Shown here one piece after another: positions 1 through 12,000 of a stretch of 64,000 nucleotides of DNA (its first letter is position 1; every line of letters starts with the position of its first letter). Origin of the DNA: Schizochytrium sp. TIO01 (taxonomy: Eukaryota > Protista > Bigyra: Labyrinthulomycetes); contig SMSO01000031.1 of NCBI GenBank assembly GCA_004764695.1, positions 8,910,761-8,974,760 on the forward strand. Direction: 5' to 3'. Both the position numbers and the translations under genes were made by a program. The notes under the pieces are model-generated. The model had not been told where the DNA came from. It saw only the letters and a list, made by a program, of their open reading frames with translations, and ran no database searches.

Positions 1-1691
1 AGAGTCAAACAGTCACCAACAAAATGGGAAACCATAAATTTAATAGAATGCTACAGTACATAGAAGGTGAAAAGGTACCGACGCGTGGTCAGTTTGGAGA
101 ATTATAGCACGAGCCCAAAGGCGGGATTCACGCTACGTACAGAAGCACAAATTGCTTATCAAGTGGATATTTGATTAAGCATTGGAGCCAGATGATTTTC
201 TTGAATGTGATTGAAATGCTTACTTTGAACTCGTGGATATGTGGCGGGCGCGTCATGAGAATTTCAAGGCTAGAAAACTCTGCTGGTCTGGTATGGGTTA
301 TTTCCAGATGAGGTCTGATCATCATAATTGACTCAAAACTTATTCACCTTGCAATGACTTTAATCTAACATGGCGAACGCTTGATTCAAAGGCAAAATTT
401 AGAAGAAGAAGAGCGAGCCCAAACACAATCCGCTTTCGAACATCTAGGTATGGTCGTTACGCCCACATATATGTCGCAAGAGGGTGAATGAATTCTAGGA
501 ATACAGAAGGCAAGGTACTTTGAAGAAGCAACGTATGCCTGTATATGGCATTTAAAAGTTGAACAACCGAAATATGCGGCGTAGATACGGCATTTGTACA
601 CGTTTACCTTTTGAAAGGTGTGCCCTTTGTATGGGGACTGTTCACACACCGACAAATTCTAGGTGTTGGGATCTATTTCATAATCAGAACCAAGTTGTCA
701 AATGTGCCAGGCCCCTCTGTAATACGTGCTGAAGTATCGTTCGCTACCTGAACCTCTAACAACAATAGGGTTTCGTTTAGCTAAGGAGAAATGATTTCCG
801 GTAATATTGGGACCACCATAGAGCCAATCGACACAAACTCGTACTAGTCAAGTTAGAGGCCAAACTTGCAAAATAGAGGAAGGCTATTGAGGTAGCACCA
901 TTCGCTAAAACTACCCGCAGGTTCAAAAGCCACGGGAAATTATGAGATGGTCTCACACACTCATTTCTCTATTGCTGACATTAGCCGGGATTCGACTCAG
1001 AGTCGAGAATGTGCTCAAGTTAAAACTGTCCACCCTTTGCTGTTGTACAATGCTACACAGTTTTGTCTCTGGATAACCTTGTTTAGGCCTGTGCTCAAGG
1101 GCTTTTAAATCTTTCAATTGTGCAGAGTTCTTTGCACATGAAATCGAGTTCTCCGCGGTCTCTTCGGAAGCCTAGTTGCGGCAAATTCTTTCAGGACTGA
1201 AGCGTCCACTCGCATTTGCCTATGCGGTCACTACCAGCCCACTCACTATTTCTGTCTTCAGTACTTGTCTCGGTGGCTTTGGGAGGTGCCGATCGTAATG
1301 GTTACTTGCACACTCTTACATGAAAAATTATGAGGTTCATAAATGATTTTGATTAATTTTTTATAGTTTAGCAGATTCGGCTCCTGCTACATGAAAAAGA
1401 CGCTGCCCGCAGCGAGCTGGAAACATCGAAGCGAAGACTGCCGATTATGAACAATAGGTACACATCAAGTGTTGAAGATAAATTCGCTTGGTACAGCGAC
1501 TTTAACTTGCAGATACCTTAAAGGTACTAGACTTCTTGTTTATCGCGTTATAATTAGGCACACCACCATCATGAAATAAATGGAAATAACAAATAAATCA
1601 AGTAGCCAGGACGAATTTCCAATTCTGCTTATTCGCAAACCCTGAACACGCTCCGCTGGCACTTGGAGCTGCTGCACCGTTGTTTTCCACC

Positions 1692-2789
1692 ATGAGTTCG
1701 TCCACCTCCTCGCGTGGGTCACTAGCGTGTGCCTTCCTTGCAGGTGGCCTCTCTTTCGTTCTTGCAGGCTACTCTCTTCGTCGCCTTTGGATGCGTCCTG
1801 CGTCCAACACCGCCCAGCCATGGGTCATTGGCGTTCTTGGCGGTCTAGGCCCGAAGGCGACATCCCTGTTCTACGATGAGAATCTCATCCGCGCTCGCGT
1901 CTCGCTCTTCTCCGCCATGCTGTCTCAACAGCACGCCTCTCTCGAGGCCATGTTCCAAGCCGTGGTGGCCATTTCCACTGCCCCGTGGACCCATGCTGAG
2001 GTTGCGAAGGTCTGGGCATCTCGCGTAGGCCAGGACAAGGTACGCGATCAAGACCATGTTGCTGCGCTTATTTACACCAACCCTACAATCCCTGGTCGCC
2101 CCGAGTTCATGTCTGGCGAGAGCGACGTGGACCCCACGGATGCCATGGCAAGATCCGCTCAGGCACTTGTCAATGCAGGTGCTTCCGCGCTCTGCATCGT
2201 CTGCAGCACCGCGCACCAGTTCAAAAGCGGTATGCTCGATGCTGTGTCGCCCAAGGTTCCTTTCTTGGACATGCTTGACCTTACTTACGACTACATCGTG
2301 CGCTCAGTTGCGAAAGGTAGAACCAAGATTCGAGTGGGCCTTATGGGTACTGAGCCCTTGCTTAAGTTCAGGATCTACGAAGCGGCCTTTGCAGAGCGGG
2401 CAAAGATTAGGCATGGTTGTGAGATTGAGATTATCACACCAATCAACACAGTGAATGGGGAACAGGGCAGTTTCAATGAGGCAATCTTTGGTACGTACGG
2501 CATTAAAGCCGGATACGATGCGGACCTTACGTGCAAGCATACTTTTCGCAACTTTGAGCTACTCCTGTCGGAGGCGCTCAAGCTGCAGTTTCTGGGGGCA
2601 GATGCAATTATTCTTGGCTGCACAGAATTACCGTTGCTGCTGACAGAGGACAACATCGCTAAGTTTGCGGAGGATATCCAGGATTCAAATGAGTACAACA
2701 AATCCGACACGGCAAACCTCTTCCTCGTCAACCCTGCCCAGGTGCTCGGTGACGAGATCATTCGCCAGTCACTTGTGTGCAGGCCATGA
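1692..2789 (+). CDS. PLP-independent Asp/Glu-family amino-acid racemase with N-terminal hydrophobic segment
   Basis: Motifs IGVLGGLGPKAT, DQDH...NPTIPGR, IVCSTAH (first catalytic Cys), AIFGTYGIKAG and ILGCTELPL (second Cys) match the aspartate racemase family. First in-frame ATG is 1692; the ORF track starts at a TTG at 1680. Confidence 0.88.
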   Translation: MSSSTSSRGSLACAFLAGGLSFVLAGYSLRRLWMRPASNTAQPWVIGVLGGLGPKATSLFYDENLIRARVSLFSAMLSQQHASLEAMFQAVVAISTAPWTHAEVAKVWASRVGQDKVRDQDHVAALIYTNPTIPGRPEFMSGESDVDPTDAMARSAQALVNAGASALCIVCSTAHQFKSGMLDAVSPKVPFLDMLDLTYDYIVRSVAKGRTKIRVGLMGTEPLLKFRIYEAAFAERAKIRHGCEIEIITPINTVNGEQGSFNEAIFGTYGIKAGYDADLTCKHTFRNFELLLSEALKLQFLGADAIILGCTELPLLLTEDNIAKFAEDIQDSNEYNKSDTANLFLVNPAQVLGDEIIRQSLVCRP

Positions 2790-3566
2790 AATTGCTAACA
2801 ATGGTATGTCAACAAAGCTTCTTGAATATCGCGGCTTGAAAGGAGTTCCTGCATTGCTCTTGTCTGTGTCTTGTAGCAGCCCTTGCTTTGTGAGTTAGCG
2901 TAGTGGAGGGGTGGGGGCAGGGCTTGTTAGTCATTAAGTATATTCAATACTTTGGCCTTTTTGGTGAAAGCATGCAAATCTTTCCGAGCTGATAGACTAG
3001 AAGTGCAAGCTCAGAGAGATTATCTATAAAAATACAAGCAAAAATCGAGCAAATTTTCAGGCTTGGTAAGTCTCAGAATTGAAGCCTATGCGACTCATCT
3101 TCTCCCCCGTTTTTTGTCTCTATAAATTTTGATTATAGATCTTGTTATGGAATTTTATCTCTTTCGTCCTTTTGAGTCAAATTAAACATGAGCAATGCAA
3201 CATCTAATTTTTCTGATGGATGCAAAATAATTATTTTTTCGACCGTCATCTTGGGAGCGGTATATGAACTTGGATATCTCGTGAGGCCTTAGAATACAAT
3301 CGATTTTTCGAGAAACAACACTTTTGAGAAAGTTGAAACGAACCACGAGGCTGGTAACGTTTTGCATTTGCATCCTGAAGAAAAATATAATTTTGGATCT
3401 CATGAAACATTGGAACAAAACTGGGCATATGATTTATTTGCATAAGTATTATGAACAGCACCCTCCACAAGCACATTCCTCAACTTGCACAGAAGTTGCT
3501 ACAATTTAATATTATATCAATTGGTTAAATCCCAATTTTGGGTGCTTGTTTTAAATTATCTTGATT

Positions 3567-4136
3567 TTATTTGTGGGAAGACTTCGATTCTGAAGCCTTT
3601 GACTCGTCAATATCTAAGCCATTGTCCTCGTGAATAGTATTGTCTTTTGCGTCATGATCTACCGGTCCATCCAGAGGTATGCCGTTGTTGCGCGCAAAGG
3701 CTGCCCAATATTGCCTTAAGCATTTTGCGAAACTCTCAAAGTCCACAACTTGAAGTATAAACTGTACATATTCACTAGCAAATGTGTTCATCTCACTTGC
3801 CTCGCGAACTTTTGCCACCAGGGCCTCTGCAGAGGGAAGTTTCTCCTTCTTGACAAAGTCTTCGAGCATCACATCAATATGCTCCGTGTATGCTTCGTAA
3901 ACCTCATAAACTTCGTGTGAGTGCTCTGTAGTTGACAAATCTACAATATGACAGTGATCGCGGAAAAAGGTAGCCATACGCTTATTGAACTCTCGAGAGT
4001 CCACATGAGCGGAGAAGCGAACCATAAAGTCCATAAGATCTCCTTCGGTTTCGCCGTTCATGCCCTCGTCATTGTCATCTTCTTCGTCACTAGCTGTGTC
4101 GAACTTGGATTCGTCAAATCCTCTCCTGTGGCTCAT
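3567..4136 (-). CDS. BART / ARL2-binding-domain protein (ARL2BP/CFAP36-like)
   Basis: 189 aa from an ATG. FFRDHC...EHSHEVYEVYEAYTEHIDVMLEDFV...LQVVDFESF follows the BART-domain pattern. Confidence 0.7.
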   Translation of the reverse strand: MSHRRGFDESKFDTASDEEDDNDEGMNGETEGDLMDFMVRFSAHVDSREFNKRMATFFRDHCHIVDLSTTEHSHEVYEVYEAYTEHIDVMLEDFVKKEKLPSAEALVAKVREASEMNTFASEYVQFILQVVDFESFAKCLRQYWAAFARNNGIPLDGPVDHDAKDNTIHEDNGLDIDESKASESKSSHK

Positions 4137-5831
4137 TCTCCCTGACTGCTCGACTCCAGTCGCTGCAGTCTACTCACTCGCAAATTGCTATTATGGAAAT
4201 GCCTTAACTCCGACCCACTTAGACAATCCAACCATCACCGGGTTTATCACAGTCCCCATTTTCGCAATTTCATAGGTCTATATTGCATACCTAGACCGGT
4301 ATGCTACCCTTGACACAGGATCTCTAGCCTCCGCGCTGCTGATGCGTTCTATTGTCCATTTAAGTCATGCCAAATGTGAGTACCTACGTACCCACTACTT
4401 AGATAAAACTTAGATGAAGTCTTATTCTGAAAATACCTGGTGCGGCGTGTGTATAATCCTTATGATGAGCTATACTATATACCGCCGCTGCTACCTTTGA
4501 GGGAGGTACCATCGTGACTTTCCTTGGACACTTGAGTTTCTTATAGCGTATTGAAGGCATGTGAGACAGACTACACCAGCATAACAAGAATTGCCCTCGC
4601 TACATGTCTTACTTCCAGGATGCGTCTGCCCTAAAACGAATCAAAGCTATAGCCTTATTGGCACACTGCCAATAAACTCCCAAGCTGCGCTCTAGTTACG
4701 GCATATTTTCCCTCCCATGATCGCCCTGCGTAATTTATTCTTCACATCTGCAGCACGCTCCTGATTCACGGATGCCTCACCGGACAAATATGAAAAGGAT
4801 TTCTTCAAAAAACCCTCACTCTAAATTCAGAACATTCAACATACAAACCATTCAAGTATCTGAACGCAATCTGCCAATCGTTTGAATTCTCAGTGATTGC
4901 CATGTCCTTACGTTTGTTGAATTTTCCTCCTGTGTTCTTCATCTACTATGGTGGCGTCCATTCCGCAGAAACTTGGACGGCTCTTGATTTTTGAGGCATC
5001 TGAATTGGCCATTTTTATCCACCGCAAATCGTGTTATCCACCCCAATTTCCCAACAAAGTTTGTTCTCTTCGAAGTTCTCTTTTCCTTTCCAATCACTCT
5101 CCCGCAAGAGAACAGCGTTCTATCTAGAAAGAAAAGAGGTCGGAGAACAGGAAGAACACATTTAGAACAGAGAGAAAACGTTTTCTTCTTTCTTCTTCTT
5201 TCTTCTTCTTTCTTCTTTTTCGGGATCCTCTTTGTCCTTATTATATCCTGCTCTCCAGACCTGCAACTGCGAGACGCAACTTGCCGCTCGCCCCAACGAC
5301 TTGACAGCAGCTGACACTCGGGCAGTGCTTGGTCCTCCGCGTAAAGACCCCTTTCCCCAGCCTCGTACCGCTCGACAACCTCGGAACCGCCTTCGCGAGC
5401 GAGATTAAGCTCCGGAGATTCGCTTGGCTTCGGAGACCTTCTCTGCCTTTCTCTACGACTACTAGATACTGCTCAATCATACCTAGAGATTTATTCCTCG
5501 CGTCAACGCACGATTTGCTCTTCTAAGTATCTCCTGGGCGTTCCCGTGACCAGCAACGAACAAAAAGAAGCACTCTCCTCTTGCTAGCAAGCAAGAGCGC
5601 TTCCTTATTTTTCGTTCATTCATTGGCTAGTACAGAACGAATTTTCGACCTGTGATTTCACAGTCAGTGACATTCAGATTTGGCAGCTTTCGCAAACCCA
5701 AAACCGTATATTCGCACGGTAGTAGCATCTGTAGTAGCAGCAGCTAGTTTGCAAAAACTAGGTTCGCGTTATCATCAAGATCAAAAGCTTCTTGGTTGTA
5801 GAGTTATATCCAGAGTCACATTCTTGCTAAG

Positions 5832-7244
5832 ATGACTGTCAAGCTTACTGTGAAGACGCTTGGAGGCGTCAAGTTTCCCATTGAAGTTGAAGACTCTGAG
5901 ACCATCAAACAGGTGAAGGAGAAGATCAAGGAGATCAAGAGCTGGGAAGTTGTTTCCCAAAAGCTTATCCACAAGGGTAAGATTCTCGCCGACGACAAAA
6001 CTGTTCAAGAATGCAGCATCGGCGATGGTGAGTTTCTTGTTTGCGTTCTCGCTAAATCGAAGGCCGCACCAGCTGCACCTGCCGCGCCAGCTTCTACCCC
6101 TGCCGCCACCCCTGCACCTTCAGCAGCTCCTGCCTCTGAGGCTTCTTCCACAACTCCCGCAGCTCCCTCTTCACCAGCACCTACCCCTGCATCCTCATCA
6201 GTGGCAGCGACCCCGGCTCCTGCCCAAGCTTCGTCAGGCTCCTCTGCTGTACCTGTGACACCCGCACCTACATCTCAGAGCACCCCTGCAGCCCCTTCGG
6301 CGCCTTCTAGACCTTCCCAGCCGCCCGCCGACGCCTTTTCTGGCCCAGCTTTCGATGCCTCTGTAAAGCAGCTGACTGAGATGGGTTTCCCCGAAGATCA
6401 GGTTCGTGCAGCTCTTCGTGCAGCTTATGGAAACACCGAACGTGCCACAGACTTCCTCCTCAACGGCATTCCCGACGACGTTGCCGTTGGCATGCAGGAC
6501 GATGCTCCCATGGAAACTTCCGAGGAAGCTCTTGGTGGCAGCAGTGGTGAGAATGCCAACACGAGCGGTGCCTCTGGCCCTCTGGATGGTCTTCGCAGAC
6601 ACCCTGAGTTCAATAATTATAGGCGCATTGTGCAGAGCAACCCTGGAGCTCTAAGCACTGTGCTCCAGCAGCTTGGTAACAGCAACCCTGAGCTGATCGA
6701 GGCGATCAACAACAACCGTGCTGAGTTTGTGGCGATCATGAATGAACCGATTGAAGAGGATGATGAAGATCAGGGTGGCAACGATATGAACGATGCGGGA
6801 GATGATGCTGGACAAGGCGCCGGGGGCCTGGCAGGGATGCTCGGAGGCGCTGGAGCTCCTAACATTGAACAGCTCATGGCAATGCTGCAGTTCATGCAGC
6901 AGATGCCTGAAGAACAGCGTGCTCAGATTGCAGCACAGATGGGAGTTCCTCCTGAGCAGCTTCAAGCAATTACGCAGATGCCACCTGAGGCAATGGCGCA
7001 GCTTATGCAAGGTATGATGGGCGGCGGCGCCGGAGGTGCTGGCGGAATCCCCCCTCATGCCCAGGTGGTACGCTTGACCCAGGAGGAGATGGATGCTGTG
7101 AACAGATTGTGTGAGCTTGGTTTCCCTAAGCAAGCATGTGTCGAAGCCTATTTGCTTTGTGACAAGAACGAAAATATGGCCGCCAACTATCTCTTCACGA
7201 ACCCTCCTGAGCCCATGGAGGAGGATAACGAAGGCAACCAGTAA
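5832..7244 (+). CDS. RAD23: Ubiquitin shuttle / UV excision repair protein RAD23
   Basis: N-terminal UBL (KLIHKGKIL), P/A/S linker, UBA1 (EMGFPEDQVRAALRAAYGNTERATDFL), XPC-binding/STI1 region (LRRHPEFNNYRRIVQSNP) and C-terminal UBA2 (EAYLLCDKNENMAANYL). Confidence 0.96.
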   Translation: MTVKLTVKTLGGVKFPIEVEDSETIKQVKEKIKEIKSWEVVSQKLIHKGKILADDKTVQECSIGDGEFLVCVLAKSKAAPAAPAAPASTPAATPAPSAAPASEASSTTPAAPSSPAPTPASSSVAATPAPAQASSGSSAVPVTPAPTSQSTPAAPSAPSRPSQPPADAFSGPAFDASVKQLTEMGFPEDQVRAALRAAYGNTERATDFLLNGIPDDVAVGMQDDAPMETSEEALGGSSGENANTSGASGPLDGLRRHPEFNNYRRIVQSNPGALSTVLQQLGNSNPELIEAINNNRAEFVAIMNEPIEEDDEDQGGNDMNDAGDDAGQGAGGLAGMLGGAGAPNIEQLMAMLQFMQQMPEEQRAQIAAQMGVPPEQLQAITQMPPEAMAQLMQGMMGGGAGGAGGIPPHAQVVRLTQEEMDAVNRLCELGFPKQACVEAYLLCDKNENMAANYLFTNPPEPMEEDNEGNQ

Positions 7245-9082
7245 TTTATCATTTTCTATGCTTCTCTTTTAGTCTTTTTCTTGTAGGTGCCTATCTACCT
7301 TTTTATTCGATTGCTTAAATTTTCCAACGCTATCCTCTCCCAGTTGCAAAATCAACACCAGATGTCCAGGACCCTCTAGACGTTTATACGCAGTTTACAA
7401 TTATTCCAGTGTCCACTGCAAAACAAAAGTTAGAACGGTACATTTCATACAGTATCATTATTATACTAGATTATTCTACTGCATCGTCACGACTCAACTC
7501 TTTCTATATACATAAAGTTGTATTTTGATCTTTGTTCGAAGAAATCAGGTAAATGGCTTTACTCGTATGGTGGATCTCTGAATTGTAGCGTATTGTATAT
7601 ATATGAACTTGAGTTTTTGCTTTCATCAAGAAAACAATTCTCCTGTGATGTAATGGCAGCATGTCAGACTCTGACTCTGACAACCGTGGTTCGATTCCGC
7701 GTAGGAGAATTCATATTTTTTTCTCACATCCCCTTGTTTGTTGATTATTATTTTTAAATTATTATTTTTATTAAAAGTAAATTAAATGTTAATGTAAATG
7801 GAACAAGTACAACTTCCTTCGTAGCTCTGGCAGGTAATTATTAACTTATCACCTTTTAAGTCCGTTCATAGCGTTTTGTCAAGGTCACTGGAAAGCGTTG
7901 CAGAACATGGAGAAAGGTCATAGGTGATTGTTTTGGCTTAAGCCTTGACACAGTTAATAGTTTTAATTTATTGCCTCTGGCAAGTATCATAGATGTGCAA
8001 TTGTCTGGTGGATATGATGATTCAGGGTGGCCCCTGACCAAGAAGTTTGGGTGGGATTGAATCATTGATGGTGATTCAAATAGCAAAACTTCTTCACTTG
8101 TTAAAGCAAAAATTGATTTACCTATTCATTGATGATCTCGACTATTAAATTCTATCCATTATCATCTACTCTTACTAACGTTTCATAAACAGGATGTCCC
8201 AGTACTGATGATGCGATTTATGAAAGTTGAGGGACCTCCTTAACGAAACAGAGACACCTAAGAAATCAACGGAAATGTAACTAATGTCTCATTAATAATT
8301 CACACAGCTTTAATAGATGTGAAGCTTCTGTTTTTATTTGGATGTTCATGAGGAAACAGCTCTCACCAAATTTAGCATCTCAAATACTTGTAGACACTCA
8401 GGAGATGTTTTGACTGTGTGATATATTTTTTTAATGATCAGCAGAACCATATTTGCAGTGGTTAGCCCTTTCTGCGTTTATGTGTTCTACAACATTATTG
8501 ATGTTAAATTGTTGCATACAGTCGTATAAGGATAAATTATTGCATAAAGAGCAAGATAATTTCGTTGTACGGTTTCCCAAGGCACATTTGCATGGTTCAC
8601 CCGGCCTCGCTTTTGCTTTGCCATGTCAAGGCAAGACAACTTGGCAGATCTGCGTCTGAGATTGCTGAAGCCATCTCCGGCTTACCAAGAAAGCTCCATA
8701 GTATCTTCCGATACTAGCTCAAACCATCACCGTCAGTCTGGAGTTTGATTGATAAGGGTTCACTAATTCTTGTACAAGACGTTCATCCAGGAACCTAGAT
8801 CATCCCTAGGTTCCAGAGCCTGATTGTACTTTAGGGCTAAAACGCTCTGGACCCTTGACATTTTAGGTGGTTAATTATATACAATTAAATAAACCAAAGA
8901 TTGGACGGACGAATTGAGAGGTTTTACCATACATCAGAACATGCAAAATGTGATGCATTTCATATAATTAATACTGCATCACCTCTGAAATCTTCAACAT
9001 CCGAACCCTTTGGAATAGGTAAGAACATAAGTAATCTCAATATAAAAAAGACACGCATTTAATGTAAACTCTAGAAGATTGT

Positions 9083-12000
9083 TTAAAAGTGTGGCACCGA
9101 TCTTGTGCGAACGTCGCCCTTCAGTAACGTTGATACAACTTTACTGCAGATTTCATTGTTACTGCAGATAAACTGAAGATTTTTGAAAGCAGGTTCATGC
9201 AAGCGCAATGGACGACCACGGCGCAGGTTATCGTCGGGTTCACCATGACTATCCACATAAGGAGCACTAATTCTTACATTGTGTTTCTCATGCACAAGTA
9301 CAACGACACAGCGCTGTACCACCAGGAATGCACCAGAACCACCTCCGCACGACATTGCATGAAGGGTACCTGGTCCAACACCCCCACGACTGCAGCACTG
9401 GTCAGCTGAGTGTCTCGAATTAAAGCAAATAATCGCACCACAGCGAAGACACAAAAGAGGCTTCGAGATAGGTCGGCCGGTCGTTGGGCACTTGGCGCCT
9501 TGGCGAACAATTTTTAATAGTTGCTCATAGTTGGTAGGTAAGTTAACAAGGCGTAGCCGAGTTTGGTCCAGACAGCAAACCATACGACACGGTTCTGGAG
9601 ACTCAATGGCAAAAGGCGAAAGCTTTCCCACGCCCAGTGCGAGCTTCCAGCGCTCGATAATGTCCATGAGTTCAGTTGAGCTGGTCATTTCCTCTACAGA
9701 GGGAAGGCCTAAGAATCTCATCCAGAGTTCATCTGTTTCGTCATTTTCATAATCTCCAAGTTCCATGAAGTCGGAAAATTCCGTGTCCTCTGCTGCTACT
9801 GCCATCAAGAGGACAGAGGTTCGTAGAAATCTTGCAAGTTTCACATAAATTGCGTAGTACACATGGTCTGCTGTCACATTCGGCTGAATACGCTGCATAG
9901 CAGTCACCCAGCTTTCTGCATTAGCATACCTCCTTGAGGTATGGCAAACATCACAAATTTCTGTACCGGGCGCTTCCAAGACGCCCTGCACAAAAGTAGC
10001 CATTGCTACAGCGCGAACTGCCCGAATGTACAGAGACTGAGGGAGGGCAGAGAACAAAGCAACTAGTAGAATTACAGGGTCCTTCATGTTCAGTAGAACT
10101 CCGTCGGGAATTTCTACATGCTCGACAAGCATAGTTTTCTTTGCTAAATCAACCTGTGTGATTTTATCACCGGGAACAAGGCTATGCTTGTGGACACCGT
10201 CAACGTTTTCAACCTTACAACCAGTAGACAGGGTTGCAGGGACAGTTTTAGCAATAGTTTCATCAAGTTTGGCCTCGAACTTTGAGCTCTTCCCTGGGGC
10301 AAGACCAGCTGCCAACTTGCCCAATCTTGTAGTGCTACCCAGAGTCAGCATCTCAAACAAGGCTTCGGCTGCTTCACTTGCACCCGTCGATTCATGGGAG
10401 GCGTCTCTACTACGGGTACCCTTAGTTGAACTCGAGGTACCACCTGGCGAGCTTGTGCTAGAACTACTGTTCGACACAGTGCTGCTGCTCGAGGAAGACT
10501 CGCCCTGTGAGCTTCTTTGAGCAGAGCCTTGCGCCGGGGCTTCCTCCTGGCTGGCATTTCTATCACTGAACCTACGGCTAAAGTTCCCAAGAAACCTGTT
10601 CAAAGGCGAGCGAATAATTGATCGTTCGAAGAATGAACCTTGGGAAGGAGCAGGGGGGGGAGGTTGAAGAGTAGGAAGAGGAAGAGAAGGATAAGAAGTC
10701 GCCATGTTTGTGGCATTGCCCTCAGGTGGAGGTATAAGGAAACTCATGAGATCTCCGGTGTCATTACTGCCAAGAAACCCGGGAAGTCGTGACCGTGCAA
10801 CCGAAGATGCACCAAGGCCCCGAAAGCTACCTAAAAGTGAGCTTGCCGCTGCCATCGCCCCGCCTCGAACATCCAAATTGCGGTGACCTGTGTCATTGCG
10901 ATTTCGAGCAACGCCCCCAATTTGACTCTCGGGCTCAAAAGGGTCGACCAACTTCAGAAGGTTCTCGTTATTAAAGAGTAGCGCCGCCGCGCGCAGCATC
11001 GAGAGCCATTGCTTTTCGGAACCCTGTACCAGCTCGAACAGCTGCCGAAAGCTTGTGCTCGCTGAATCTTCACCGCAAGCTGGTCTGCGCGCAGCTGCGC
11101 GTGCACTGAGAGAAAAGGCAAGAGCATGCCACAATGCAACAACCCGCGTGGGACCATCAGCCTCGGGTACAGGTTGTATCAGCCGTGCGCGGAGTGTCGG
11201 TAAAAGGTCTGAAGGAGTCAACGGCATTGTCTTGGAGTGGATCATGTCTGCGAATGACTTGATATCTTTTAGTGCTTTGGATGATATTTCACGAGAAGTG
11301 ACGCCTCCCAAATCTCCTGAAATAAAACGAACCATTTCGTCAGGTGTTGTAGAAGAAGACACACGACGACGCTTATCCGAAGAGGAAGGCTCAGTCACAG
11401 GATTTTCAGACACATTTGGCACGATGACATTTGAGACAGACTTGCACATGGGGCAAAGAAACTCATGTTGCCGAATGTCAGGGATCGCCAAGGAATGCCG
11501 CTGATCTTCTAAAGAGGAGATATACTTTCGCAAGCACTCCATGTGCATAGCATGCGAACAAAATTGCACATAAACACTGCGTTCGGTGGAGGGGGTAACT
11601 TCTTTTGGGTCCTCCACAGGAGAACGGCGAGCTTGGGAAGGTGATTGGGCCGTCTGACCAATCATTTCGCTTACCAAAAGATTTATCTGGGCAGCAATGT
11701 TCTGCGCCCCTCCAGTCATGCCGACACCCATAGCTCCTACGCGGGTCGCATTATCCATAAACCCAGGTGGAAGAGCATTAGCGGCAGTTGCGCCAGTTGC
11801 ATTCCCACCCCCAGCTGTGCCTCCTCCGCGGGCAGCTGCTCTTGCAAAAGCTTCACGAAATTGAGCCATATCGTTCGGATCAATCATCAGCCCATTCTCG
11901 CCTACCTCTGCCCTTAAAGTTGCAATGGTCACAGGAAGGTCTGCAGCATTATTTCTATTTCCATCGCGATTGTCATCTGCGTCTCCATCGTCGTGCATTT

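Noticed and set aside
8790-8814. Hairpin GGAACCTAG-7 nt-CTAGGTTCC between RAD23 and UBR1
   Set aside because: A 9-bp stem is plausible by chance in 64 kb, and intrinsic terminators are not expected in a nuclear genome.
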